Shown here one piece after another: positions 24,339 through 36,478 of a stretch of 64,000 nt of DNA; position 1 is the stretch's first letter; the number at the start of each line of letters is the position of its first letter. The stretch is from Octopus sinensis (Eukaryota). A program made the translations under genes and the position numbers. The notes under the pieces were generated by a model that did no database searches, was not told where the DNA came from, and saw only the letters and a list, made by a program, of their open reading frames with translations. The stretch covers positions 12,586,001 through 12,650,000 of the forward strand of contig NC_043006.1 of assembly GCF_006345805.1 (NCBI RefSeq). The letters run 5' to 3'.

Positions 24339-26034
24339 GAGCTGGCAGAAACATTAGCACGCCGGGTGAAATGCTTAGTAGTATTTCGTCTGCCGCTACG
24401 TTCTGAGTTCAAATTCCACCGAGGTCGACTTTGCCTTTCATCCTTTCGAGGTTGATTAAATAAGTACCAGTTACGCACTGGGATCGATATAATCGATTTA
24501 ATCCGTTTGTCTGTCTTTGTTTGACCTCTCTGTGTTTAGCCCCTTGTGGGTAGTAAAGAAATAGGTATTTCGTTTGCCGTTACGTTCTGAGTTCAAATTC
24601 CGCCGAGGTCGACTTTGCCTTTCATCCTTTCGAGGTTGATTAAATAAGTACCAGTTACGCACTGGGATCGATATAATCGATTTAATCCGTTTGTCTCTCT
24701 GTGTTTGTCCTCTCTGTGCTTAGCCCCTTGTGGGTAGTAAAGAAAGATATTTCGTCTGCCGTTACGTTCTGAGTTCATATTCCACCGAGGTCGACTTTGC
24801 CTTTCATCCTTTCGGGGTCGATTATATAAGTACCAGTTACGCACTGGGGTCGATATAATTGATTTAATCCGTTTGTCTGTCTTTGTTTGACCTCTCTGTG
24901 TTTAGCCCCTTGTGGGTAGTAAAGAAATAGGTATTTCGTTTGCCGTTACGTTCTGAGTTCAAATTCCGCCGAGGTCGACTTTGCCTTTCATCCTTTCGGG
25001 GTTGATAAATCAAGTACCAGTTACGCACTTGGGTCGATATAATTGACTTAATCCGTTTGTCTGTCCTTGTTTGACCTCTCTGTGTTTAGCCCCTTGTGGA
25101 TAGTAAAGAAATTGGTATTTTGTCTGCCGTTACGATCTGAGTTCAATTTCCACCGATGTCGACGTTGCCTTTCATCCTTTCGGGGTCGATTAAATAAGTA
25201 CCAGTTACGGACTGGGGTCGATACAATCGACTTAATCCGTTTGTCTATCCTTGTTTGTCCTCTCAGTGTTTAGCCACTTGGGCGTAGTAAAGAAATGGGT
25301 ATTTCGTGTGCCATTACGTTCTGAGTTCAAATTCCGCCGAGGTCGACTTTGCCTTTCATCCTTTCGGGGTCGATAAATTAAGTACCAATTACGCACTAGG
25401 GTCGATATAATTGACTTAATCTGTTTGTCTCTCCTTGTTTGTCCTCTCTGTGTTTAGCCCCTTGTGGGTAGTAAAGAAATAGGTATTTCGTCTGCCGTTA
25501 CGTTCTGAGTTCAATTTCCGCCGAGGTCGACTTTGCCTTTCATCCTTTTGGGGTCGATTAAATTAGTACCAGTTACGGACTGATGTCGATATAATCGACT
25601 TAATCCGTTTGTCTGTCCTTGTTTGGCCTCTCTGTGTTTAGCCACTTGGGCGTAGTAAAGAAATGGGTATTTCGTGTGCCGTTACATTCTGAGTTCAAAT
25701 TCCGCCGAGGTCGACTTTGCCTTTCATCCTTTCGGGGTCGATAAATTAAGTACCAGTTACGCACTGGGGTCGATACAATCGACTTAATTTAATCCGTTTG
25801 TCGCCTTGTTGTCCCTCTGTGTTTAGCCCCTCGTGGGAAGTAAAGAAATGGGTATTTCGTGTGCCGTTACATTCTGAGTTCAAATTCCGCCGAGGTCGAC
25901 TTTGCCTTTCATCCTTTCGGGGTCGATGAAATAAGTACCAGTTACGTACTGGGGTCGATATAATTGACTTAATCCATTTGTCTGTCCTTGTTTGTCTTCT
26001 CTGTGTTTAGCCCCTTGTGGGAAGTAAAGAAATA
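24339..26034 (+). mobile_element. SINE-A multimer: one 5' head plus 9 tandem ~183-bp units, bounded by a 19-bp TSD
   Basis: Units start at about 24381, 24564, 24746, 24930, 25113, 25298, 25482, 25666 and 25852. TSD ggtataagtgttattcttc at 24320-24338 and 26035-26053. Confidence 0.95.
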
Positions 26035-26429
26035 GGTATAAGTGTTATTCTTCCTCATTCAGAGGAAATCGGAAGCTTTGATTCATGGTTACTGAAGGAT
26101 GAACTTTTGTCAAGAAATATTCGTAACGATTGCCTTTCGGATCATTGATATCAATCGCAAAACTAAACGTCTTCAGGAAGGGATAAGCAGTGCTCACTTA
26201 CATCGCTCGCATCTTTGTTATATTTTTATGTAAGGAAATCGATTTTCTTATCTTATACATCTTTTTTTATTCATGAAGTAAGCAGTAACCTTGAACTGCA
26301 CTCAATATATCTCAGAGAATTTGTATTTGAAAATATTTTACAATTAAGAAATCACTTTGAATGTGATCAATCTCTAAAATATTAAAAAATAATATAAACC
26401 TCATTACCTTTCCTCATTTATAAAGAAGA

Positions 26430-26930
26430 TTCTCAGATATATATACATATATATACACATATATATATACATATATATACACACATATATATATATACAT
26501 ATATATACATATATATTATATATACATATATATACATATATAATATATATACATATATATATATACACACATATATATATACACACATATATATATAGAC
26601 ACATATATATACACACACATATATATATATGTGTGTGTATGTATTTTTTGTGCATGTATGTGCGCGTGTTTGTGTGTGTGTAATCATATATACATATATA
26701 TATATATAACCACATATATGTATGTTATGTGTATATGTATAGCATATATATGTGTGTATATGCATATATATATTTATACATACGTGTATATATACAAATA
26801 TATATACATATGTATGTGTGTACTTATAAGTATATGTAGATATACATGTAGGCGTGTGTGTGTATGTGTGTACAGATGCGTATAAATATATGGATATATA
26901 TTCTTATACGTACAGACATATATACACATA
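26430..26930. repeat. (TA)/(CA)/(TG) microsatellite block
   Basis: Direct reading. Confidence 0.9.
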
Positions 26931-28553
26931 ATATAAAGAAGGATGGAGATTTATATATCTGCAAAATTTCTTTATTACAGTATAATTCTCATTAAATTCC
27001 AATCCGATACGCATTTCCGCTGGATAAGTGTATAAGTGTTCTAAAATACTTTGATGTAGAACCTATGTGATAGCAAATGGATAATTTTTAGAAGCGCCTC
27101 AACGTATACTATTGGCAAATCGAAGTGTAATCTATGCTTGGAAGAGATATGGTATATCTTTCGCTCTAATTATAGGTTATTAAATGACGGGAACTAATTG
27201 AGTCTAAAATGCGTACATTAATTATAAAAGTATTTAATTGGATATCTCGAAGATACAAGTGCACATGACTTAACCCAGACAAAGAATCGTAAATTTGTTC
27301 TTGTTAGAGATTGTATAAATCTCACAATAGACCTCAAAATTACAGAAGTTTGTGGATTGAGACTAAATATTATTAGGATCTTATCGTACTTTATTCACCC
27401 CTTTCAATTCTTTTGCTTTTAAATATTCTAATATCAAAACTTCAATGTTATGAACTGATCGAAATACTTAAACTGAAACAATATTTATTTCCATTTCATT
27501 ACAGGTAATGGGTCTGAACCCGGAACCACGTGGTTGGGAAGAAAGCTCCTTACCACACAGCCACAAAGCCGTGTGTGTTTGTGTGTGTGGGGGGTGTAAA
27601 TGTGTACATATATATGATATTCAATCAAAATGAATATGATTAATTGTGGATGGATATTTTTGTCTCTATTCGAGCTTATCAAACGAATGATGTATTTTGC
27701 TCAGCGAAATGCAATTTATTGTTAACATTCAAGTATTCTTTAAAAGCTTATGTTTTGAAAACGCATAGGTAAAGAATATTTGTATTATATTCAAATGCGA
27801 AAAAGAAATATCAAGTGCGAGAGATTGTAAGGAAAAGAGAAGGAAGCACTACAAGTAAAATATTAGAAGATATATTAAGTATGGATAGGAAGAGTTTTAG
27901 TTTTCATATAGAACTATAAAGAAAAATTATTTATAATGGAGCACCATGATGCGAGGTAATAAGTTATTGCACTCTAAACGAAACGAAGAGAATCTCAAAT
28001 ATATTTTCCTTGTAAGAAATATGTAAGGTAAACAACAATATTTCCAAAATATATCACAAAATTTAGTTACTGTTCTACCTTCATATTATCCTTAATTTAT
28101 TTAATTATATTCATCATTAATTGTACGACTAAATTCTTTACTCACTCTATATAATTATATCATTCTTTGCACTTTGTATTTAAACCTATTTCATAGTTTC
28201 CTCTCGCGTCGTTCAACAACCACTGACACGCTTCATTCCTTTTCAATATACATATATACATATATACATACATTCATACATACATGTATACATACATATA
28301 TACATACATTTTTAAATGTGTGTGTGTGTGTGTGTGTGTGCGGGTGTGTGTGTGTGTGTATGTTCGTATATATATATGTATATATATTTACCTATGTATG
28401 TATGTTTACCTTTAGGATATTCGAGATTTCAAATAGCCCTTTTAAATTTTAACTAATGATATACTGTTACCAAAAATACACCATTCGTTTAATAAGTTAG
28501 AACACAACGAAAGTTACAAACATTCATAAAGATTAATCTTCATTTCAATCTAA

Positions 28554-29069
28554 TCTATATATATAAAACTGTAGTTGTGTGAGTGTCTGTCTCCTACGAT
28601 TTAGATTCCTAACTCCTCCCACATTTTGCGGTGCAGTTTAACCAAATTCGGGTATCTTATAGTCGTGATTAATATCGAGTCCGTCTGGCTATTAGCGTGC
28701 GTCTACGATGAGTCTACGATTTTAAAAATAATTTAACATCATTTTTTTATACCATTTTAATGCATAATTTTTCGTGTGTCGATGGCGGCGGAGTTGGCGT
28801 CCACGCTCACAGCTGCACCTGTGTTTGCTTCTCCCCCTTCTTCCCTTCCTCGTGAAGCTGTGGGGAAGGGAGTGTAAGGAAATCAACGTCGTAAAGCGTT
28901 GTCAAGGAGACCAGCGTTCTTTTAGAACAACGACTTCATGGCTTGAAGACACCAAAACAGAAATGGCTAAAAAAGCCCGAATTGGCATCTATAAAGGAAG
29001 TAACTCTCTAAAAATGCTTATATAGTTATTTCCCTTACAAACCTGAGCAACGCCGGGTGATACTGCTAG
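28554..29069 (+). mobile_element. Non-autonomous Helitron
   Basis: 5' TC start; 3' imperfect hairpin cctgagcaacgccggg followed by CTAG; inserted between A (28553) and T (29070) with no TSD. Confidence 0.85.
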
Positions 29070-29207
29070 TGTAATATATGATATTATTTTTGACTTATAA
29101 CTCCATATGTAGTCTGTTAAATGGAAGTTGTTTACATGTCATAAATACCATCCCAAATGTATCTTAACTATTTCATATATATACTATTTTGAATTATAAC
29201 TATATAC

Positions 29208-29240
<33 letters not shown>

Positions 29241-29241
29241 T

Positions 29242-29280
<39 letters not shown>

Positions 29281-29385
29281 TTGTGTGTGATATGTGAGTG
29301 TGTTTTCTATGTATATAACTTATTTACATACACACACACTTATATACATTTATATATATACATTTATATATATATATATATATAT

Positions 29386-29419
<34 letters not shown>

Positions 29420-29434
29420 GCTCTTTTTCTGTAA

Positions 29435-29562
29435 TATTACGGCTTTGGACGGCCCGAAGCTATAGTAGAAGTCACTTGCCCAAGGTACCAAGCAATGGGA
29501 CTGAACCAGGAACCATGTGGCTACTAAGTAAGCTATTTACCACTCAGCCACACCTGCGCCTA
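29435..29562 (-). mobile_element. SINE family B, 5' half
   Basis: Reverse-complement head motifs. Confidence 0.85.
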
Positions 29563-29643
<81 letters not shown>

Positions 29644-29998
29644 TGTATAAAAGTTTACACTACAATCATTTTGATTTCTGTGACATCTCATATGCTGTTA
29701 TATCTTTATTTCCAAGTTAACATAAACGCTTTTGAAAGACAACCGTCAGCATTTAAGCTTGAGATAAATAACAAATATCACCTGCTAAAAATTTGGTAAT
29801 CCTATCTTATAGTTCTGTTCGACAATAAATTGGTATGCGAAATCGAAAAGTATTGAGTGTCAGTCAAGTTTTCTATACGAAATTAATTATATCGGCTTTA
29901 CTCGTGATTCTAAACAATACGAAGCAGATAAGATTATTACCCTCTATCTCTCTTTCTATATCTATTTATCTATCTATCTATCTATCTATCTACCTACC

Positions 29999-30045
<47 letters not shown>

Positions 30046-30169
30046 ACACAAATACATATAAATTTGACCGTATTTATGCCCTCTTTTCTCAGGGACGGTT
30101 CAATATATTAGCAAATATTCAACGGCGTTGGAGAGCATAACGATTAGAGATGTAGCTCAGTAAAGCTTA

Positions 30170-30760
30170 GCTAAAATGACGGATTGGAAGACTTCTGGAA
30201 TTTGGAAAAGAGTTGCCTATGTCGTGATAATTCGCGCCGAGTACCATCATGGCTTCTGCTCAATGCTCAATACTTGTAAGAGTTGACATGGATAGTAGCA
30301 AGGGAATATGGAAAACCTTGATCAGCAGGAAACCACACGGCAGGTATTCTGACTGCGTCCTCAAGCTCGATTTCATCCAAAACCTTAGGATTTGGTGATG
30401 AAAATCCGAACAAAAGAATAGAGAATTTAGCGAGAGAGATGGGTGTTGAGGTCAAACACATGAATTTGGCACTGCACGAGGACCTTCGCTGCCACAGGTA
30501 CAAGAGATTGCCAGAGACGGATTCTCACAGACAAGGCCTAGAAGAGTCGCTTGACGAAGGCAAAGAAGTTACTGAAGAAGCTGAAGAATCCTGTTCATTT
30601 GGGGCTAATCTGGTAGGGTCATTTGCATAACACCCAGAACAAGTGACCCAGAATCCATGCGAACCCCCATGTACCATAAAAGCTAAGTTTTCCCAAACCG
30701 TGATGATCTTTCTGTGTATCTCCAGTGAAGTAGAACGAATGATTTTCCTATGTTATTTAT
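30170..30760 (+). mobile_element. Decayed maT-like transposase fragment (DNA-binding to first catalytic region)
   Basis: HEDLRCHRYK / QRRILTDKA*KSRLTKAKKLLKKLKNPVHLGLIW / KFSQTVMIFLCISSE across frameshifts. Confidence 0.7.
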
Positions 30761-30919
30761 GCAGGAGTGTATGAAAAATTAATGCTCATGCACGTTCCCC
30801 ATGCATGCATTCACGCATGCATGATGCTCACACACACAAATACATACATACAGACAGACACACACATTCTCAGTTTTATATATATAGATATACGTATATA
30901 TAGTATATATATATATAAT

Positions 30920-30978
<59 letters not shown>

Positions 30979-31170
30979 TATACATATATATGTTCATTTA
31001 TATGTACATATGTAATGTATATATATATGTGTGTGTGTATATATATTATATATATGTATGTCTGTATGTATACATATATGTAGAGGGATCTATTCATAGA
31101 TCGGTCTGATGATCGATAGATAGACCGACAGACATACAGGCAGATAGTTAGAGAGAGAGAGAGAGAGAGA

Positions 31171-31241
<71 letters not shown>

Positions 31242-31882
31242 GTGTGAGTATAAAATTTTATTATTCTCCATTGATAATATATACTTGTATATTATATATT
31301 TTTGATTTGAAATATTCTTTTAAAATTTCCAATGAATAAACAAATATTTTCAGTTATTCCGTACTTCATATGTTCATATGATTTCGATAAAAATATCCGT
31401 TATTGTCGTTTTGTTTTTTTGTTTTTTCTATTTTACAACAGCTAACTTAATAAACTGAAATGATATGAAACACATTGATGTATCTAACACGTCTAATGGA
31501 AAGTTATAACGGTTTTGTTAGATGAGAAATGATTATTATTTATTCTTACAAGTGTAACTGCTATATTTATGACTTTCAAGCTTTGACATTTATCACACAT
31601 GTGCTGTCTTTTATCAAATTTCCGAATAAAGAACTCTATTTTTACATTACACGACCTAATTAAAGTTATGCGAATACTTCAATGGAATTGATTTGCTTTG
31701 TTTCCAAGTATCTGACATCGGTGAATCCAAAGAATTTTGCCTTCGGTGGTATGACAATGTTTATATTAAACCTACAATATCGCCGATTTACCAGTTATTT
31801 GCATTCTATTATTGCTAAGTACAATTACTCGCCGCCTCCTACAACACACTAATTTTGATATGACATTTAGGAAGTACTTTAC

Positions 31883-32026
31883 CTTTTCGATGAGAAGAGC
31901 TCGTGTGCCAGCCTTAGGAAATTGACGTGAACTTTTATCATCTGGTGTAGTTGCGGTGTTGGTGGTCGGGGTTGTAGCCGTCGGCGGCGTCGTTGCCACA
32001 GCCACTGCGTTTGCAGTGGTCGCCAT
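31883..32026 (-). CDS. Probable first coding exon (exon 32042-31883) of an unidentified gene: Thr/Ala/Pro-rich N-terminus then DDKSSRQFPKAGTRALLIEK
   Basis: GC-rich island; acceptor atgtttcAG, in-frame TAA upstream, start context gaaATGG, donor AAG|GTAAAG in phase 0. Varied third codon positions with constant C at position 2 favour this frame. Confidence 0.6.
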
Positions 32027-32651
32027 TTCGAAATGAGTTTATCTGAAACATATAAGAATATCAGTCAATATTAAGCATCATTTCTAATATTCAGAATAGT
32101 TCATACATTAAAATATGCAAATTAAATATTAAATATGTTTCCTCGTTCATAATGAGATAACTTTATAAACAGAATTATACAAATTCTTATTGATGTTTAC
32201 GTTTATCTGAAACTACAACCACCCCTACCAGTTACCTTTCATCTTTCCTGTCTAATTTTGCCTTTAATCTTTCCGAACTCAGTAACTAATACGACTAACA
32301 ATCGCAACGCTCATTCCAAAGTGGTGTTACTACGCTCAGTTTAGAAATTAAGGGCACAAGTTCGAATCCTGCCAGGTACGATATACATATATGAAATATT
32401 TAAAATCTACAAAATTTATAAGGAGTACATCGGTCAGTCTGTGAAACAAACGTTTACACACATACATATACGCATACGCGCACGCGCGCACACACACACA
32501 CACACACACGCACGTGCATAAGTATATATGGTTCGCCAAAAGTCACCCGACAGTAAATCAGAATTTCGTAAATACTATCTGTAATTATGTATTATCTCGA
32601 ATGTGTATGTATATATATATGTATATGTATGTGTGTGTGTGTGTGTTTGTA

Positions 32652-32767
32652 TGGCGTAGTGGTTAAGAGCGCGGGCTACTAACCCCAAGATTCCGAGTTC
32701 GATTCCGGTAATGACCTTAATAATAATAATAATAATAATAATAATAGTAATAATAATAATAATAATA

Positions 32768-32798
<31 letters not shown>

Positions 32799-32873
32799 AA
32801 TCACAGCACATACCCAAGGCACACAGAGCTGCGCTCGGTAGTGAAGTGAAAGCACGCTATAAAAATAAAACTA

Positions 32874-32920
<47 letters not shown>

Positions 32921-33075
32921 CAACAACAACACCGAAATATACTTTAGGAACGAGAACCCAGGAAATTTCCCCCAAGACACCTGATGAAGGCTGGAGGGTA
33001 TATTAACCGAAACGTTGGGTTAACTTGCAAACAAGATGGTGACAAATATCCGTCAATTGTAAATAATGTAACTAA
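32652..33075 (+). mobile_element. tRNA-headed SINE with (AAT)n linker and a hammerhead-motif body
   Basis: A box tggcgtagtgg and B box gagttcgattcc (32652-32706); body gacac-CTGATGA-aggctg..taacc-GAAAC-gtt-gggtt (32976-33021). Confidence 0.8.
32797..32878 (+). mobile_element. Extreme 3' stub of Dong-like subfamily gamma inserted in (AAT)n
   Basis: Reverse complement of about 9010-9090 (aaatcacagcacatacccaaggcacacagagctgcgctcgg...ctactgaa). Confidence 0.9.
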
Positions 33076-33202
33076 TATTACAATATTTCATTTAAGTCTG
33101 CTAAATTGCTATATCATATTATTTATTTACTATCTTGAACATGTAAGTATATTCGTATGTAGAGTTTGTGAATTAGTATCACGACCCGTTTTCTGAAAGT
33201 GA

Positions 33203-33495
33203 AGGCACATGGCCTCGTAGTTAGAGCAGCGGACTTGCTGTTGAGGGATCGAAGGTTCGAATCTCAGAATGAGCGAAACACCCTATGCTCTACGCCGCTC
33301 TAGCAGAAGTTAATGGCGAAATTTTGCTGACTCTTTCGCTACAACTTTCTCTCACTTGTTCCTCCTGCATCAAGGAGTTCACCTGCGACGGACCGGTGTC
33401 GGTGCTCCGTCCAGTTGTGGAACCTATACGCCAAAGAAACCGGGAAACCGGCCCCTATGAGCCAAGTGTGGCTCGAGAAGGAACTAACAATAATA
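33203..33495 (+). mobile_element. tRNA-derived SINE with V-domain-like segment
   Basis: A/B boxes (tggcctcgtagtt; aggttcgaatct), cctgcgacggacc..ccgtccag, tail gaaaccgggaaaccggcccctatgagcc. Confidence 0.65.
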
Positions 33496-33604
33496 CCAAC
33501 AACGACCCTTTTCTGAAAAGTTACCACTCAGTTTTGCTAAACGTAAATACAAGCAATAGCAACAACGAAAAGAAGAAAAGTAACATTCAATAAGAAAGAA
33601 TATA

Positions 33605-33829
33605 CTCTCTTTTTTTTACTCTTTTTACTTGTTTCAGTCATTTGACTGCGGCCATGCTGGAGCACCGCCTTTTAGTCGAGCAAATCGACCACGGGACTTA
33701 TTCTTTGTAAGCCCAGTACTTATTCTATCGGTCTCTTTTGCCGAACCGCTAAGTGACGGTGACGTAAACACACCAGCATCGGTTGTCAAGCAATGCTAGG
33801 GGGACAAACACACAAACATACACACATAC

Positions 33830-33881
<52 letters not shown>

Positions 33882-34050
33882 TACGACAGGCTTCTTTCAG
33901 TTTCCGTCTACAAAATCCACTCACAAGGCATTGGTCGGCCCGGGGCTATAGCAGAAGACACTTGCCCAAGATGCCACGCAGTGGAACTGAACCTGGAACC
34001 ATGTGGTTTGTTAGCAAGCTACTTACCACACAACCATTCCTGCGCCTTAT
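33605..34050 (-). mobile_element. SINE family B, full length
   Basis: Head, (TA)n and tail all present. Confidence 0.92.
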
Positions 34051-34059
34051 GGCATTAAT

Positions 34060-35220
34060 TTCTAACATCAAGAGACATTTCAAAATCTATTAATATTCCA
34101 GAAACCATTTGGAATACCAAGTCTACGATATTCAGGACAATATAACTATATGTTTGGAGATAATCAAAGTATCTATCTAAATTTTTCATATACGAAGGAA
34201 TAACTAAACTTCCTGACGTTTCATTTAAAGAACATTATTTTGAAATGAATCAGAAATGGACCATTTTTTTAGCCGCAGCTTTATGTTGACGTTTGGAGAA
34301 TATTTGCCCCAGTATTTCAGCTTCATATTTTGATAGGAGATATTGTAATTCCAGAATGACCGTACTTGATAATAGTGATTATAATTACATCAATTATTCA
34401 ATCATTTCTCGGAGTCTATAATGCAACACCCTTAGTTTTCTGCTGTAATATTTTACTTTATAAATGCTGCTGATAGATTTTTAAAAACTAATTATATCTG
34501 TAACAGTCTTACAGTAATATCGTAATGATAATGATACATTGAGACAATGAAGTGTTATGGCTAATAAATAATGATGTGGAAAAAAATCGAATTCTTTATG
34601 CTCTCGTATCAAAGATGGCAATCCTAAGAATGAAAAAATGCTAATTAAGTTTGGAGACAATATGTCTTCTCTATAACAATAAAGTAGTGGTGTCCATTCA
34701 GACAATTTCGAATGAATTACAACTTCATTTTCGTCTTATATTTGGTGAATTGTTTGTTTGGCATTAACATATAGTTTACATGTAATTTAGACTAGTCAAA
34801 TACAGAAACTGAAGAAAATACACGCCTGAAGAAAACAGACTGTAAACTAGATAAAACATTAATATTAAATGATTAACAACTTGATCAAGATTACTTTAAA
34901 CAACAACGGCTATAAATAATTTACAGTAGAAGTAAATAAATGTTATAATGTTATTCTGAGGCAGTCATGGAATGTTACACAATACTCGGAAAGATCTGTC
35001 GGTCGATATTTTTTCCTTCACAACAAATCAATATTCCAGAATCCACTTGAAATACCAAGCCTACTTCTACAAGATTCAGGAATCAGTCCTAATGAAGAAC
35101 GGTTACTCCTTGGAAATTTCCACATGAACGGTGACATTAAGAGACTATTAACAGACGAGAAACAAGGCGGAATAAATTGGAGATTACGCAAGCTTTCGAA
35201 GATCACCATTATCATTTAGC
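34060..35220 (+). pseudogene. Decayed coding remnant with LRR-like motifs (possible LRR/TLR-type pseudogene)
   Basis: Long near-open frames broken by stops and frameshifts: ITKLPDVSF, MTVLDNSDYNYI, EVLWLINNDV, SLETICLLYNNKV, KTLILND/NNL, plus a ~100-codon open frame at 34920-35220. Confidence 0.4.
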
Positions 35221-36145
35221 TGATATGATGTAAATGATGTAACGCGATTGTAGTAAAGCTATATACTAAATAATGACAGAAATAACCCTCCAAATTATGA
35301 ATTAAACATTGCATATATTTACCAGACAACCAATAAAATGAGACACAGAAGTAATTACAAAATTACTTAACTGTTAGTTATACCATCTAAACATTATTAA
35401 TGTACTTGTGTAGAAAGTTTTTTTCTGTTCATTTAGGAATACATGTATGTTTATTTATTATCTTAACGTTTGTGCATATGTATACATGCATCGAATATGT
35501 TACGGTAGGCAACACATATTCTAGCAAGTTGAAACTAAATTTATAACGACTTGGCGACCGACTTTTTAATTGTCTCTGATTTATCTAGAGTGACGCTCAT
35601 TATGCAGCAAATGTGATGATTATTCAGAACACGCGGATGGGATTAAAATTTCATTGACTGACGATGAAGAAATGATGCGAGAGATGTGAAATCTTGCATG
35701 CATTAATTTCAAGTCTATGTATTAATAACTACATTGTTCCTTTCCTGTTAAAATTACATCACACTGTTCAAGCAAGCTTTCAAAATTATCCGGTAACGAC
35801 TTTTCCTGAAAATCGACAAAATTTGGCTTCGTGCTGCTATCACGTACCCGCAGTAAAACGACATTCATGCTGACTTGACTGTTACATTAACGGATGACAT
35901 TTAAGCTTTGTCAACAGTGCAAAAGTGGGCAGCTAAATTTTGAAGGGGGAAGAGAGAGTCTTGAAGATGACCCAAGATCTAGACGTCTTGCAGATACCAC
36001 TACATAGGAAAACATTGATCATGTTCAACGCATGCTGATGGATGATAGAAGTCTGACTATAAATCAAATAGCCAATGCTATTAGCATAACCTGAGAGAGA
36101 GAGAGAGAGAGTTTCGAACATTCTGCCCAATAAACTTGCCATGCC

Positions 36146-36383
36146 AAAAGTTTCTTATTTCTTTATTACCCACAAGGGGCTCAACATAGAGGGGACAAAC
36201 AAGGACAGACAAACGGATTAAATCGATTATATCGACTCCTGTGCGTAACTGGCACTTAATTTATCGACTCCGAATGGATGAAAGGCAAAGTCGACCTTGG
36301 CGAAATTTGAACATAAAGACAAGACGAAATACTGCTAAGCATTTCGCCCGGATTGTGCTAACGTCTCTGCCAACTCTTCGCCT
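36146..36383 (-). mobile_element. SINE family A inserted in the mariner KVS|ARWV codons
   Basis: Full head-to-tail copy; the mariner reading resumes at tccgctcgatgggtgc. Confidence 0.9.
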
Positions 36384-36404
36384 CTTTCCGCTCGATGGGT
36401 GCAG

Positions 36405-36478
36405 AACTAGCTGGTTCAAAGTATAACTAGCTGGTTTAAAGTATAACTAGCCGGTTTAAAGTATAACTAGCCGGTTTA
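36405..36478. repeat. 20-bp minisatellite, about 4 copies
   Basis: aactagc(t/c)ggtttaaagtat repeats. Confidence 0.9.

Noticed and set aside
24339-26034. CRISPR-like array
   Set aside because: Contiguous ~183-bp SINE units with no unique spacers, in eukaryotic context.
32652-32718. Functional tRNA gene (also 37674-37740, 48385, 53982, 32330-32385)
   Set aside because: Acceptor or anticodon stems are broken and they run into repeat bodies; these are SINE heads or pseudo-tRNAs.
34200-34420. NUMT or selenoprotein reading of in-frame TGA codons (also 47010-47275)
   Set aside because: No recognisable mitochondrial gene or SECIS; other stops and frameshifts point to simple decay.
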